64,000 nucleotides of DNA from an uncultured delta proteobacterium (GCA_963711565.1 CAVQEQ010000001.1:1024001-1088000), one strand, 5' to 3'. Numbered from the stretch's first letter, positions 27,699 through 38,479 are shown. Made by a program: numbers and translations. The notes: generated from the sequence alone by a model not told the origin.

Positions 27699-28475
27699 CT
27701 AAAAGTGATCTTTGAGTTCGCGGGTCCTGGCGAAAATCGCGATCGGATCGTCGGCCACCGACGGATCGCGATCTTTCAGATTCGCGCGCAGCTCGGGACT
27801 GTCGGTGCGCAGAAACGGATTGGTCTGCTTCTCGTCGCCGATCGTTGACGGCACCGTGAACTTGTTCTCCGCGCGTGTCTTGACGCTCCAATCGTGCTTC
27901 TTCTTTAGCGCGGCGTTCCCCGGCTCGAGCGTCAGCGCGAAGCGCAGGTTTTTCTCCGTGTACTCGTGACCGCAATAGACCTGGGTCGAGTCGGGCAAGG
28001 ACGCGAGTTTCTTCAGCGACGCGACCATCGTCGCGGCTTTGCCCTCGAACACGCGGCCGCATCCGCCGACGAACATCGTGTCGCCCGTGAAAACCGCGCC
28101 CAGCGTCGGAAAATAGTAGGCGACGTGCCCGTTGGTATGCGCCGGGATTCCAATCACCCGCCCTTCGAGCGCGCCGATTCGAAGGTTGTCGCCGTCCGCC
28201 ACCGGATTCGTCAGCGCCGGAATCTTTCCGCCTTCCGCACTCGCGCCGTAAATTTTAATTCCCGACACCTTCGCCGCGATGTCGCCGTTGCCGCCGGAAT
28301 GATCGCCGTGCCAGTGCGTCGTCAGCACCGCAACGACTTTTGCGCCGTGCGACTTTGCCGCCGCGATCACCTTGTCAGCCTCGGCGCAGTCAACCACCGC
28401 GCATTGCTTACTGCCGTCGTCGATCACCAGGTACGCGTAGTTGTCCGATAGCTGCGGGACAGTGACTATTGCCAT
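27699..28475 (-). CDS. gloB: Hydroxyacylglutathione hydrolase (glyoxalase II)
   Basis: DNYAYL, THWHGDHSGG, FTGDTMF.GGCGR and CGHEYT. Confidence 0.93.
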   Translation of the reverse strand: MAIVTVPQLSDNYAYLVIDDGSKQCAVVDCAEADKVIAAAKSHGAKVVAVLTTHWHGDHSGGNGDIAAKVSGIKIYGASAEGGKIPALTNPVADGDNLRIGALEGRVIGIPAHTNGHVAYYFPTLGAVFTGDTMFVGGCGRVFEGKAATMVASLKKLASLPDSTQVYCGHEYTEKNLRFALTLEPGNAALKKKHDWSVKTRAENKFTVPSTIGDEKQTNPFLRTDSPELRANLKDRDPSVADDPIAIFARTRELKDHF

Positions 28476-28492
28476 CGCGATACTCCTTGCCA

Positions 28493-29266
28493 CTAGACGC
28501 CGACGATATTGTAGCCCACGTCCACGTATAGCGTCTGTCCCGTGACGCCGCTCGAAAAATCGCTCAGCACCGCGGCTGCCATCTTACCGACTTCTTCGAC
28601 TTTCATCGCACGACGCATGGGCGAACGCGCTTCGACCTCATGCTGCATTGAATGGAAGTTTCGAATCGCCGACGACGACAGCGTCCGCGCAGGGCCTGCG
28701 CTGAGCGCGTTGACGCGAATATTTTTGGCGCCGAGGTCCACCGACAGGTAGCGCACGCAGGCTTCCAGAGCCGCCTTCGCGACACCCATCATGTTGTAAT
28801 TGGGAATCGCGCGGACCGCGCCGAGGTAGCTGAGCGTCAGAATCGATCCGCCGCCGCGCGCTTCCATCAGCGGTTCCGCGGCGCGCGCAAGTGCGACCAG
28901 CGAGTAGGCGCTGATCTCGAGCGACTTCTTGAAATTCTCGCGCGTCACCGTCAGGAATCGATCGCGCAAATCCTCGCGCTCCGCAAATGCGACCGCATGC
29001 ACGAGCAGGTCGAGCCCGTCCCACTTTTTCTTGAGCGCCGCGAACACCGACGCGATTTGTGCGTCGTCGTTGACGTCGAGCTCGCCGATCACGTCTGCCT
29101 CGATCTGCGCGGCCAACGGACGTACGCGCTTCTCCAGTATCTCGCCCTGGTAGGTCATCGCGATCTCGGCGCCTTCCGCGGCCAGCGTCTGCGCTATCGA
29201 CCACGCCAGGCTCTTGTCGTTCGCGACGCCGACGACCAACGCTCGCTTGCCTTGTACTATGCCCAT
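28493..29266 (-). CDS. fabI: Enoyl-ACP reductase
   Basis: GVANDKSLAWSIA and YNMMGVAKAALE. Confidence 0.95.
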   Translation of the reverse strand: MGIVQGKRALVVGVANDKSLAWSIAQTLAAEGAEIAMTYQGEILEKRVRPLAAQIEADVIGELDVNDDAQIASVFAALKKKWDGLDLLVHAVAFAEREDLRDRFLTVTRENFKKSLEISAYSLVALARAAEPLMEARGGGSILTLSYLGAVRAIPNYNMMGVAKAALEACVRYLSVDLGAKNIRVNALSAGPARTLSSSAIRNFHSMQHEVEARSPMRRAMKVEEVGKMAAAVLSDFSSGVTGQTLYVDVGYNIVGV

Positions 29267-29299
29267 GGGAGGTGTCCTTGTCTGAGAAGGTGCGCGGGC

Positions 29300-30073
29300 T
29301 CAGAGCTTAATCTTCATGCCGTCATAGCCCATTTCAAGCGCGATCTCATCCTCGCGACTCAGCACTTCGCGGCCAAGATGCGTCAGCACCATCCGCCGCA
29401 CGTTGAACTTGTCGCGATTTTTCGCCAGCAACGGATAGTTGAGATGAAAATTCAAATGCGCGCTCTCGTAGTACGTACATTCGCACAGGAACAGGTCGGC
29501 GCCGTCGGTAAAGTCCACCAGTTCATCATTCCACCCGCTGTCGCCCGAGAAAACTATCGACTTGCCGCCGCCATCGATTCTCAGCGACAGCGAAATGTCC
29601 GGCTTGGTATGCGGACTGCGAATCGCACTCACCTTGAACTTGCCCAGCCGCTGCGAGCTCTCCGGCTCAAGCACCACGAACTTCAGCTTGTGCTTGATCT
29701 TGTCGAGCTCGAAATGCGGGAACATCGTGCGCATCAGCGACCACGTCCGCTCCTCGAGCCTGGCCGGCCCCGCGATGGTCAGCATCTTTTTGCGGCGCGT
29801 CTCCCACATGTAGTCGAGGATCAGAAACGGCAAGCCGCCGAAATGGTCGCCGTGCAGATGACTGATCAGTAGCAAATCGAAGCTGTCGGTCGAGACGCCG
29901 CTGCCCTTCAGCGCCTGCATCAGCCCGGGCCCGGCTTCCATCAGGATGCGGCCGCCGGGTGCGTCGATCAGGTAGCCGGATTGCGAACGGCCAAAACTCG
30001 CGAACGCGTCTCCGGTGCCCATCAGAGTCACGGTCACCGGCGCACCGTTCGATGCCGTAGGATTCTGATTCAT
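29300..30073 (-). CDS. MBL-fold metallo-hydrolase (RNase Z-like)
   Basis: SHLHGDHFGG, FSGDS and LTHL. Confidence 0.85.
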   Translation of the reverse strand: MNQNPTASNGAPVTVTLMGTGDAFASFGRSQSGYLIDAPGGRILMEAGPGLMQALKGSGVSTDSFDLLLISHLHGDHFGGLPFLILDYMWETRRKKMLTIAGPARLEERTWSLMRTMFPHFELDKIKHKLKFVVLEPESSQRLGKFKVSAIRSPHTKPDISLSLRIDGGGKSIVFSGDSGWNDELVDFTDGADLFLCECTYYESAHLNFHLNYPLLAKNRDKFNVRRMVLTHLGREVLSREDEIALEMGYDGMKIKL

Positions 30074-30130
30074 TGAGGCGGCCTATGCTATTATCATCGG
30101 CCGAAGCGCGCAAACATGGGAGCGCGGGCG

Positions 30131-31078
30131 ATGAAACAGGTTAAGATCGGTGTGGGATTCGGACTTTGGCGCCTTGGCATGCCGCCAGCGGAGACGATCG
30201 CGCGCGTCGCGGAACACGCCGAGGACTGGGGCCTCGATTCGTTCTGGCTCTCCGATCACCTGCTCGCACCCTCGCCGGAACTCAACGTCGTCGCGACGCT
30301 GTCGCTCCTCGCCTCGCGCACCTCGCGCATGAAACTCGGGCCGAGCGTGCTGCTGCTCAACCTGCGCCACCCGCTGATGGTTGCGAAATCGTTCGCCTCG
30401 CTCGACTACCTGTCCGGCGGCCGGATGGTGATGGCGGTCGGCACCGGCGCCAATCTCGCCGACTATGCCGCGTGCGGAATTCCAGTCGAGAGCCGCGGCA
30501 AGCGCCTCGACGAGGGCATCGAGGTGCTGCGCACGGTATGGCGCGAGCGCGGCGCGAGCTACCACGGGCGCTTCTTCAACTTCGACAACGTCACAATCGA
30601 GCCGCGCCCAGTCGCGCGCACCAACAACGATTTCGGCACGATGGATATCTGGGTCGGCGGCCGATCCGACGCGGCGCTGAAACGCGCGGCGCGAATGGCC
30701 GACGGCTTCTTCGCGTCGTTCCAGACGCCCGACGAGTTCGGCGCGAGCATGGCAAAGATTCGCGACTACGCCGCCGGCTACGGACGCGCCAACGCGCACA
30801 TCGAATCGGGACTAATCCTGCTGTGCCGCATATCGTCGTCGCGCGAGCGCGCACTCGAGGAGATGCGGCCGATGCTGACGGCGATGGGCCGCGGCGCGGA
30901 GGCCTACCTCGAACGAACCGTGTACGGCTCACCCGATGACGTGATCGCGCGCCTCAGCGAATACGTTGCGCAGGGTCTCGACAAGTTTGTACTGTGGCCA
31001 ATCGCGGAACCCGATGCGTGGCCGAAGCAAATCGAACTGGTCGGCCGCGAAATTGCCTCGCACTACGCAGCCGCCTGA
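30131..31078 (+). CDS. LLM-class flavin-dependent oxidoreductase
   Basis: DSFWLSDH, LDYLSGGR and IWVGG..AALKRAARMADG. Confidence 0.9.
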   Translation: MKQVKIGVGFGLWRLGMPPAETIARVAEHAEDWGLDSFWLSDHLLAPSPELNVVATLSLLASRTSRMKLGPSVLLLNLRHPLMVAKSFASLDYLSGGRMVMAVGTGANLADYAACGIPVESRGKRLDEGIEVLRTVWRERGASYHGRFFNFDNVTIEPRPVARTNNDFGTMDIWVGGRSDAALKRAARMADGFFASFQTPDEFGASMAKIRDYAAGYGRANAHIESGLILLCRISSSRERALEEMRPMLTAMGRGAEAYLERTVYGSPDDVIARLSEYVAQGLDKFVLWPIAEPDAWPKQIELVGREIASHYAAA

Positions 31079-31652
31079 AAAATTCACGCGAACCGCGGCC
31101 GTCGTCGCGTTCGCATTCGTTGTCGCGACGCTTGCGGGATGCGCAAAATCGCCGCCGGTCGCGGCTCCACCCAGCATCTATGCCAGCGCCGAAGACGTCG
31201 AGCTCAACTTCCGCGACCGCACTTTCGTGCTCGGCGACAACAATCAAATCGCCGAAGTGCGCCCGCTCGATTGGCGCCAGGACAGGTTCCTCAAGCTGCC
31301 GTTCTGGTTCGGCGTCAACATTCTCGTGCCGGGAGTGATGGCGCCGAAGGAAGGCGAATTCTACGTCATCAGCGAGGCGACTCTGGAAAAGCCGCTCGAC
31401 ACGCCCGGCGAATGGATGATCGAAGCGGGCAGCTCGCTGGTGAAGCAGGAGACCGTGTTCATCACGACGCGCACGCAATATCTGGCGCCCGGAAAAATTC
31501 TGCCGACCGTCGTTCAGTACATGGGCAAGCGCGAATTCAAACGCGCTGACGGCAAGGTCGTGCAGATTCCCGTGCTGCGCGAGGTCTCGTTGCCGATGAA
31601 GTGGACGCTCGGCGGCAGAATCCCGGCAAGCTACGCGAGATACCGGACATGA
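31053..31652 (+). CDS. Hypothetical lipoprotein (paralog 1)
   Basis: Lipobox LAGC; homologous to the next ORF; start uncertain. Confidence 0.7.
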   Translation: MPRTTQPPEKFTRTAAVVAFAFVVATLAGCAKSPPVAAPPSIYASAEDVELNFRDRTFVLGDNNQIAEVRPLDWRQDRFLKLPFWFGVNILVPGVMAPKEGEFYVISEATLEKPLDTPGEWMIEAGSSLVKQETVFITTRTQYLAPGKILPTVVQYMGKREFKRADGKVVQIPVLREVSLPMKWTLGGRIPASYARYRT

Positions 31653-32266
31653 TTCGGCGCGGCAACACGATCGTCATCGCGATTGCGATTATGCTGATCT
31701 CGTTCGTCGCCGGATGCACGCCGGATAAGGCGCTCGACTTCGGACCCACAGGCGAAATTTCCACGCCGCCCGAGGATCAGTTGAGCCGCGACATCATGCG
31801 CGATTTCGCCGGGCGCGATTTCATCCTCGCCAACAACGATCACGAAGCGCACGTCAGCCTCACTGACTGGAAGCCCGGCCGCCGCATCGTCATGCCGTAC
31901 TGGCTCGGCGTGAATCCGCTCTACCCCGGATTTTTGCGCCCCACCGTCGGACATCTATATGTGATAAGCCAATCGACACTGGTCCGCCCGCTGCCGAACA
32001 ACGAGTACCTGATTCGCGCAGGGTCGAAGCTCTTCAAAAGCGACACCGTCTTCGAAGCGACGCGTACGCACTACATCGACACCGGCGGGATGCTCCCGAC
32101 GGTAGTCCGCTTCGTCGGCACGCGCATAGTAACAGTGCCAAAGGACGCTCCCGCCACCGGCACGATCACCGAGAAGGTCCCAGTCCTCCGCGAAGTCTCG
32201 ATGCCCATGCATACAACCCCCGACCAGGACCTGATGGGCTACGCCAAGTTCGAAGCGGTCAAATAA
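31649..32266 (+). CDS. Hypothetical lipoprotein (paralog 2)
   Basis: Lipobox VAGC; ATGA overlap with paralog 1. Confidence 0.75.
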   Translation: MIRRGNTIVIAIAIMLISFVAGCTPDKALDFGPTGEISTPPEDQLSRDIMRDFAGRDFILANNDHEAHVSLTDWKPGRRIVMPYWLGVNPLYPGFLRPTVGHLYVISQSTLVRPLPNNEYLIRAGSKLFKSDTVFEATRTHYIDTGGMLPTVVRFVGTRIVTVPKDAPATGTITEKVPVLREVSMPMHTTPDQDLMGYAKFEAVK

Positions 32267-32272
32267 GCCGTA

Positions 32273-33394
32273 CTAGTTTCCCACTTTTGGGACGGCCGAC
32301 GACGTATGTTTCGACGACTCTCGCAGCAGCTTAGGCCGCATTCGCAATACCGGCTTCTCAACCATGTAGTAGGATGCGGCCGCAATCATGAAGGCAAAGA
32401 CCAAGTTGATCGGAAACACTCCGAACATAGTTTTGTTCATTGGGGTAAGAAATACCTGTTGCCAAAGGTACAAGCTGTAGGAGATCAGCCCGGTCCAGAC
32501 CAGGAACCTATACCTGAGCAGCGTTGCGATACGCGAATCTGGTTTGTGCAATACGGTAAAGACAATTAGAGTGATACCTATTCCCTCCAGCGTAAAGCCG
32601 AATGGAAGAATGTAGAATCCTCGAAAATAATAAGCTAGAAGAGGATCAACCAGAAATAAATATATAGCCGCGAACGATAAATAGAGAGGCTGACTCAGTC
32701 TGGTTAACAATCTATAAAGTGGGTCCGTGCTTTGCGACAGAGCGAGCAGGCACCCGAACATAAGTATGTCAGCCCGAGTGTGAAGCATCACAGGTATTCG
32801 CGCGCGAAGTGATGGCAATAGAATATATGTGAGGATTCTTATCAATGGCTCTATGCAGACTATGACAAGAGCGAGGCGCCATGCTTTCTTGCGACCGAGT
32901 GAGACAAGAATCATTGGCCACAAGAGGTAGAATTGCTCCTCTATACATAGCGACCAGGTTTGCCCCAACCACCAGCTTCCCGAGGTCACTGGCAGATAGT
33001 TCCACAGGAAACACGCGGATACGATTAGGTCCGCCTGGGTTACCGTCACCGCTCTTAGGAAAGATAGAACTCCTATGAAGGCGAGATAAACATAGAAGGC
33101 GGGGAAGATTCTCGTCACGCGACGAACGTAGAAATTGTAGAACGACAGTTGTCCGGTACCCTCTATCTCCCTAAGGAGCAGATCGGTTATCAAATAGCCG
33201 CTGATAACAAAAAAGAAACTCACCCCTAATCCGGCGTTTCCCAACACCAGCATTCCTGGTATCAACCATCGAGGAAACACCAAAATCGTGCCACTGGCGT
33301 GTCCAAGAATGACCAATCCGATCGATAGCCCTCGGATGCCATCCACCGACGGCAACCGTCCTGGTTTGGATTCGACGCGGCTACCTGTCTTCAT
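32273..33394 (-). CDS. OafA-like membrane acyltransferase (acyltransferase 3)
   Basis: DGIRG, FFVISGYLIT, FYVRRVTRIFP, WSLCIEEQFY and ISYSLYLWQ; visibly AT-rich. Confidence 0.92.
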   Translation of the reverse strand: MKTGSRVESKPGRLPSVDGIRGLSIGLVILGHASGTILVFPRWLIPGMLVLGNAGLGVSFFFVISGYLITDLLLREIEGTGQLSFYNFYVRRVTRIFPAFYVYLAFIGVLSFLRAVTVTQADLIVSACFLWNYLPVTSGSWWLGQTWSLCIEEQFYLLWPMILVSLGRKKAWRLALVIVCIEPLIRILTYILLPSLRARIPVMLHTRADILMFGCLLALSQSTDPLYRLLTRLSQPLYLSFAAIYLFLVDPLLAYYFRGFYILPFGFTLEGIGITLIVFTVLHKPDSRIATLLRYRFLVWTGLISYSLYLWQQVFLTPMNKTMFGVFPINLVFAFMIAAASYYMVEKPVLRMRPKLLRESSKHTSSAVPKVGN

Positions 33395-33504
33395 CGAAGC
33401 AACATACCCTCTAGCTTCATCGGCTAATCAGCTTGTGAATTTGACTATGCTATGCGATGAACGCAAATGTTGAAATATCTGAACGTGAATGGAGGATTAG
33501 GCTC

Positions 33505-33927
<423 letters not shown>

Positions 33928-33933
33928 CCTTAG

Positions 33934-34665
33934 CTAGGACTGAAGAGTCCACACGCGCAGCGGGCCAAGAGACTCGAATCCCAACGCGTTGGCGTGGCGC
34001 AGGTCGTCCCCATGCTCATAGCCGACGATCGGCAGATCGGGAAATAAGCCGGCGATTGCCGAGAGCAAGTCGACGGCACAATCGCGCAACTCAGAGCTAG
34101 GTGCGAAGAAGTTCGACCATCCAACAACGTCGTCGCTGCGATTCGCAACCGCACCCGCGACAATTCGATCATCGCGGGAACCGGCGAGAACGCCGATGTC
34201 TTTGTTCTGGAGCAGCGAAGGCAAGAAGATTCTGTCTCCGCCCGTATCGCCTGACGATCTGCTGAATGCGGATTCCCACTCTGCCAGTTCGTGATCGCTC
34301 TGAACCACTTTCCATCTCATGGTCTTTCCCGCAGTGGCATCTTTTCTGACGCGCGAGACCGCCAGATAGATCCAATGTGCCGCGAACAGCACCTCGAACC
34401 CACGCGACGAAAGATCGAGCATCGAGAAACTGTCCTTGACCGCCCATCCCGACGGCAGGCGTGTACCAATCAGCTCATCGATCAGAGCGAGCTGATGTGG
34501 ACTGGGCTCAGCTAGTGTCCCGGCGTTCGGATAGAAGCGTGGCACTCGATGACGATTGAGCCATATGTCGTCGTGGAACTCGCCGGGATTCCCGTGCGCG
34601 CGGCAAACCGCGTCACACCATTGGGCATTGTTGCGCGCCGCGCGGATGATTCGATCGTCGAGCAT
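33934..34665 (-). CDS. Hypothetical protein (possibly degenerate GNAT-like)
   Basis: ORF abutting the helicase stop; AARNNAQWCD, KDSF and GFESLGPLRVW. Confidence 0.6.
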   Translation of the reverse strand: MLDDRIIRAARNNAQWCDAVCRAHGNPGEFHDDIWLNRHRVPRFYPNAGTLAEPSPHQLALIDELIGTRLPSGWAVKDSFSMLDLSSRGFEVLFAAHWIYLAVSRVRKDATAGKTMRWKVVQSDHELAEWESAFSRSSGDTGGDRIFLPSLLQNKDIGVLAGSRDDRIVAGAVANRSDDVVGWSNFFAPSSELRDCAVDLLSAIAGLFPDLPIVGYEHGDDLRHANALGFESLGPLRVWTLQS

Positions 34666-34676
34666 AAGCTGGAACC

Positions 34677-36677
34677 CTAAGACTCTTCCGACTCCTGCAA
34701 CGTCGCCGTCTGCAACAACTCCGCCGGCACATCTTCGAGGAACCTCGACACGCGGCCCATCACGAAGCCGAAGCTGCGGTCGAACATGTATATAGGGTAC
34801 GAGAGGTACAGCTCGTCGCGCGCGCGCGTGCTCGCGACATACATCAGTCGGCGCTCCTCCTCGATTTCGTCGTCGCCGACACTTTGCGGCCCCGGGAAGC
34901 GTCCGTCGGCCGCCCAGATCAGGAACACCACCTTCCATTCGAGTCCCTTGGCGGAGTGAATTGTCGTGAGCGTCATGTGCTCGTCTTCCGAATCCGTAGC
35001 GAGCACGCCGTCGAGCGAATCGCTCGGCGGTTCGAGCGCCATGTCGGCCAGCATCTGCTCGAGACTCTTGTAGCGCTCAGTGAGATTTTGAAAATGCTCG
35101 AGGTCGCGCTCGCGCTTGGGGTAATCGTCGGCGTACGCCTCGCGCATCACGGGCAGATAATACTCCAGCGTCATCGCGATCTGCTCGGGTGGCCGCTTCT
35201 CTCCGCTGCGCAACTCCGCCAGCAGCGTGCCGAGCCGCTTGAGGCCGCCTTCCGCACCGCCGCGAGCTTTGTCCGCAAATTTAGCAATTGCCGCCGCCGG
35301 ATCATCGGTCGCGACGAGCGAGTCGATCGCCCGCTCCGCTGTCCGATGACCGATGCCTTTGACCAGGGTGAGCACGCGCAGCCATGACACTGCGTCCGCC
35401 GGATTCGCGATCACCCGCAAATGCGCCAGGACGTCCTTGATATGCGCCGTCTCGATAAACTTGAAGCCGCCGCGCTTGATAAACGGAATGTCGCGGCGCT
35501 GCAGCTTGAGTTCCAGATCGAAAGAATGAAAGCTCGATCGGAACAACACCGCGATCTCGCTGAGTTCGACACCCTCCTCGCGCAGCTCCAGGATGCGTTG
35601 TGCGACGAATCGCGATTGCATGTGCTCGTCCTGCGCGCGCACCAGGAACGGCCGGAAACCGCCCTCTCGCTGCGTGAACAGCGCCTTGGTGTATTTTTCA
35701 CCCGCGCGGGAGATCACATCATTCGCTACATCCAGGATCCCCTGGATCGAGCGGTAGTTCTCTTCAAGCTTCACGATCTTCGCGCCCGGAAAAATCGTGG
35801 GGAAGTCCATGATGTTGCGGAAATTGGCGCCGCGAAACGAATAGATCGACTGCGCATCGTCGCCCACCGCCATCACGTTGCGATGATTCATCGCGAGCAG
35901 CCGCACCAGGTCGGCCTGGATCAGGTTGGTGTCCTGGTACTCGTCGATCATGATGTAGCGGTAGCTGTCCGACAGCCGGCGCCGCACATTCTCATATTGT
36001 TCGAGCAGCTCGGCGAGCCGATACAGCAGGTCGTCGTAGTCGAGCAGGGCGCGCTCGCGCTTGTAGCTTTCGTAATTGTTCGCGAGCTCGAGAATTTCGG
36101 TCTGATGCTCGCCAAGATGCGGAAAATCGATCTCGATCTCCTCTTCGAGCGCGCGCCGCTTGTTACGCGCCATGCTGATGGCTTCGGCAATCGTGCTCTT
36201 CTTCGGAAACCGGCGCTCGCGCGACGCCAGCCCCATCCGCGTCCGCAGCAGGTTGATCACGTCCTCCATGTCGGAGCGATCGAGAATCGTGAAGTTGGGT
36301 TTGAGGCCCATCGGCGCGCCCATTCGGCGGAGCACATTGTTCGCGAAGGAATGAAACGTGCCGCCCGCAACCGCGCCCGCCCGATCTCCGACGAGCTGCT
36401 CGGCGCGACGCAGCATCTCCTGCGCGGCCCGGCGCGTGAACGTCAGCAGCAGGATCGCACCCGGCGGCACGCCGCTCTCGATCAGCCGCGCGACGCGATA
36501 GATCAGCGTCCGAGTTTTGCCCGATCCCGCGCCCGCGACGACCAGCAGCGGGCCGTCGCGATGCGTCACGGCGGCAAGCTGCGCGGGATTCAGCAGCTCG
36601 GCATACTTGATTTTGAAATTGCGCTCGTCGGCCGGCGATGCCGGCTTTTCGCGCAGGTAAATTACCTTGTCGGCCAC
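34677..36677 (-). CDS. UvrD/PcrA/Rep-family ATP-dependent helicase
   Basis: AGAGSGKT, DEYQD, VGDDAQSIY, ENYRS, TIHSAKGLE and EERRLMYVASTRA. Confidence 0.95.
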   Translation of the reverse strand: MADKVIYLREKPASPADERNFKIKYAELLNPAQLAAVTHRDGPLLVVAGAGSGKTRTLIYRVARLIESGVPPGAILLLTFTRRAAQEMLRRAEQLVGDRAGAVAGGTFHSFANNVLRRMGAPMGLKPNFTILDRSDMEDVINLLRTRMGLASRERRFPKKSTIAEAISMARNKRRALEEEIEIDFPHLGEHQTEILELANNYESYKRERALLDYDDLLYRLAELLEQYENVRRRLSDSYRYIMIDEYQDTNLIQADLVRLLAMNHRNVMAVGDDAQSIYSFRGANFRNIMDFPTIFPGAKIVKLEENYRSIQGILDVANDVISRAGEKYTKALFTQREGGFRPFLVRAQDEHMQSRFVAQRILELREEGVELSEIAVLFRSSFHSFDLELKLQRRDIPFIKRGGFKFIETAHIKDVLAHLRVIANPADAVSWLRVLTLVKGIGHRTAERAIDSLVATDDPAAAIAKFADKARGGAEGGLKRLGTLLAELRSGEKRPPEQIAMTLEYYLPVMREAYADDYPKRERDLEHFQNLTERYKSLEQMLADMALEPPSDSLDGVLATDSEDEHMTLTTIHSAKGLEWKVVFLIWAADGRFPGPQSVGDDEIEEERRLMYVASTRARDELYLSYPIYMFDRSFGFVMGRVSRFLEDVPAELLQTATLQESEES

Positions 36678-36726
36678 GGCAAGCGCGATCCTACCACGCC
36701 GCGCGACGCAAGTTACGATGCCCGGC

Positions 36727-37170
36727 CTACGGCAGCATCGGCCCGCTGCCCGCCGGGCTCTGCCCGCCGTTCTTGTAGATGCCCTGCATCGTCTTCTTCC
36801 ACAGTTGATCGGGACTGTTGGGCGATTGCGCCTCCGGACCGGCTGCTGCCGAACCCGGTGGCGGGCGCCTATCTTCTACGTGCGGATCGAGTAGGATCTG
36901 GTCAACCAGGTTGACGCTGGGATCGTTCAAGTACCCTATCGCGATTCGTTCCGCGTCATTGCGCCCGAACTGCGTCGCCACAAACCCAGTGAGTATCAAT
37001 TGCTTGCGGCCGCCGGCCGAGGTCGAGAACTGCGCCGTTACCATCGACAGCTCGCTCATATGGAGGTATTTCGTAAGCGCGTCGCTGGTGCCTTGATCGA
37101 TTACATAGTTGTGCGCCCGCGCAACGCTGCAAACCCCCACAATTGCGATCACCGCCATCAATACTTGCAT
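36727..37170 (-). CDS. Secreted hypothetical protein (BON-like domain)
   Basis: Signal peptide ending ARA; LILTGFV...VNLVDQI. Confidence 0.55.
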   Translation of the reverse strand: MQVLMAVIAIVGVCSVARAHNYVIDQGTSDALTKYLHMSELSMVTAQFSTSAGGRKQLILTGFVATQFGRNDAERIAIGYLNDPSVNLVDQILLDPHVEDRRPPPGSAAAGPEAQSPNSPDQLWKKTMQGIYKNGGQSPAGSGPMLP

Positions 37171-37220
37171 TCGTCGAATCACAATGTTCGACGATACACC
37201 TGATCGCGGCAATTTTCGCG

Positions 37221-38252
37221 TTACGGAACCTGGATCTCCTGGATCTGCGCCGTCTCCTTCTGCACGACCTCGGCCGGCAGCGGAGCGTATTGCAGCGCGG
37301 GCGCCAGCGTCTGGCCCTCGGTCATCGCCCAGCCCAGGAATTTCTTGATCTGCTCGCCAACATCCTTGTTGGTCTGCTTCTGATAAACCAGCAGCCACGT
37401 GAACGAGGATATCGGATACGCATCCGCGCCCGGCGCATTCGTGATTGAGACGCGGAAGTCAGACGGCATGTCTCCCGCCGATGACGCCGCGGCGGCCGTC
37501 ACTCCCGCCAGGCTCGCAGTCACCCAGTTACCCGCCTTGTTCTGGATCTGGGCGAAAGGAATTTTGTTGTTGAGTGCATATATCAGTTCGATGTAACCAA
37601 TCGCCCCGGGCGTCTGCTGGATCAGTGCCGTGACACCCTCGTTGCCTTTGCCGCCGAGCCCGGCCGGCCATTTGACCGCAGTGCCCTTACCGGGGTCCGA
37701 CGCCCAGCTCGGGCTAACCTTCGAAAGGTAGTCGGTGAAAATGTACGACGTGCCGCTGCCGTCCGATCGATGGCACACGACGATGTCCTGCGACGGGATC
37801 GCTCCCCCGGGATTCAACGCTTTGATCTGATCGTCGTCCCACTTGGTGATTTTGCCCGCGTAAATATCCGCGATCACCGGGCCGGTCAGGCGCAGCGTGC
37901 CGCTAAATCCGGGCAGGTTATACGCGAGTACGACCGCGCCCATCACGCTCGGGAAGTGCAGAATTTTCCCCGGCGCATCGGCCAACTGCTGATTGGTCAT
38001 CGGTGCATCGCTCGCGCCAACGTCAACGGTGCGATTCGAGAGCATCCGAATCCCGCCGCCCGAACCGATCGATTGGTAGTTAAACTTGATGCCCGGATTT
38101 TCTTTCGCGTAAACGTCGAACCACTTGGAATAGATCGGATAGGGGAACGTCGCGCCGGCGCCGTTGATCAACATATCGGCGAATCCGGATCGGCCGATTC
38201 CTGCGATCGCCAGGACTATGAATAGGGCAACGATTATTCGTCGTTTGAGCAT
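37221..38252 (-). CDS. pstS: Phosphate ABC transporter substrate-binding protein
   Basis: GAGATFPYP, SIGSGGGI, HRSDGSGTS and GGKGNEGV. Confidence 0.96.
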   Translation of the reverse strand: MLKRRIIVALFIVLAIAGIGRSGFADMLINGAGATFPYPIYSKWFDVYAKENPGIKFNYQSIGSGGGIRMLSNRTVDVGASDAPMTNQQLADAPGKILHFPSVMGAVVLAYNLPGFSGTLRLTGPVIADIYAGKITKWDDDQIKALNPGGAIPSQDIVVCHRSDGSGTSYIFTDYLSKVSPSWASDPGKGTAVKWPAGLGGKGNEGVTALIQQTPGAIGYIELIYALNNKIPFAQIQNKAGNWVTASLAGVTAAAASSAGDMPSDFRVSITNAPGADAYPISSFTWLLVYQKQTNKDVGEQIKKFLGWAMTEGQTLAPALQYAPLPAEVVQKETAQIQEIQVP

Positions 38253-38317
38253 CGTCTGATCTTGCCTCGAAGTTAGTCGTCTCCGTTCCGCGGATCTGGG
38301 TGCGGCGCGCAGAAGCT

Positions 38318-38345
38318 ATGCACTGAACATTAACGGAGAATGAAC
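38318..38345 (-). promoter_or_regulatory. Putative PHO box upstream of pstS
   Basis: Three 11-bp-periodic half sites GTTCAT-N5-GTTAAT-N5-GTGCAT. Confidence 0.6.
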
Positions 38346-38479
38346 CCGCCGTGTCCGCGGCTTGAATTCGTCCGCGTGGACCGCGATTCTCGTGTACAAT
38401 CGCGCGTTGGCGCAAGCGTTTGCTTTTCCAAGCGGCGCTCGACGACAATTCAAATCGCCAAACTGCGCGGTAATTTTCA

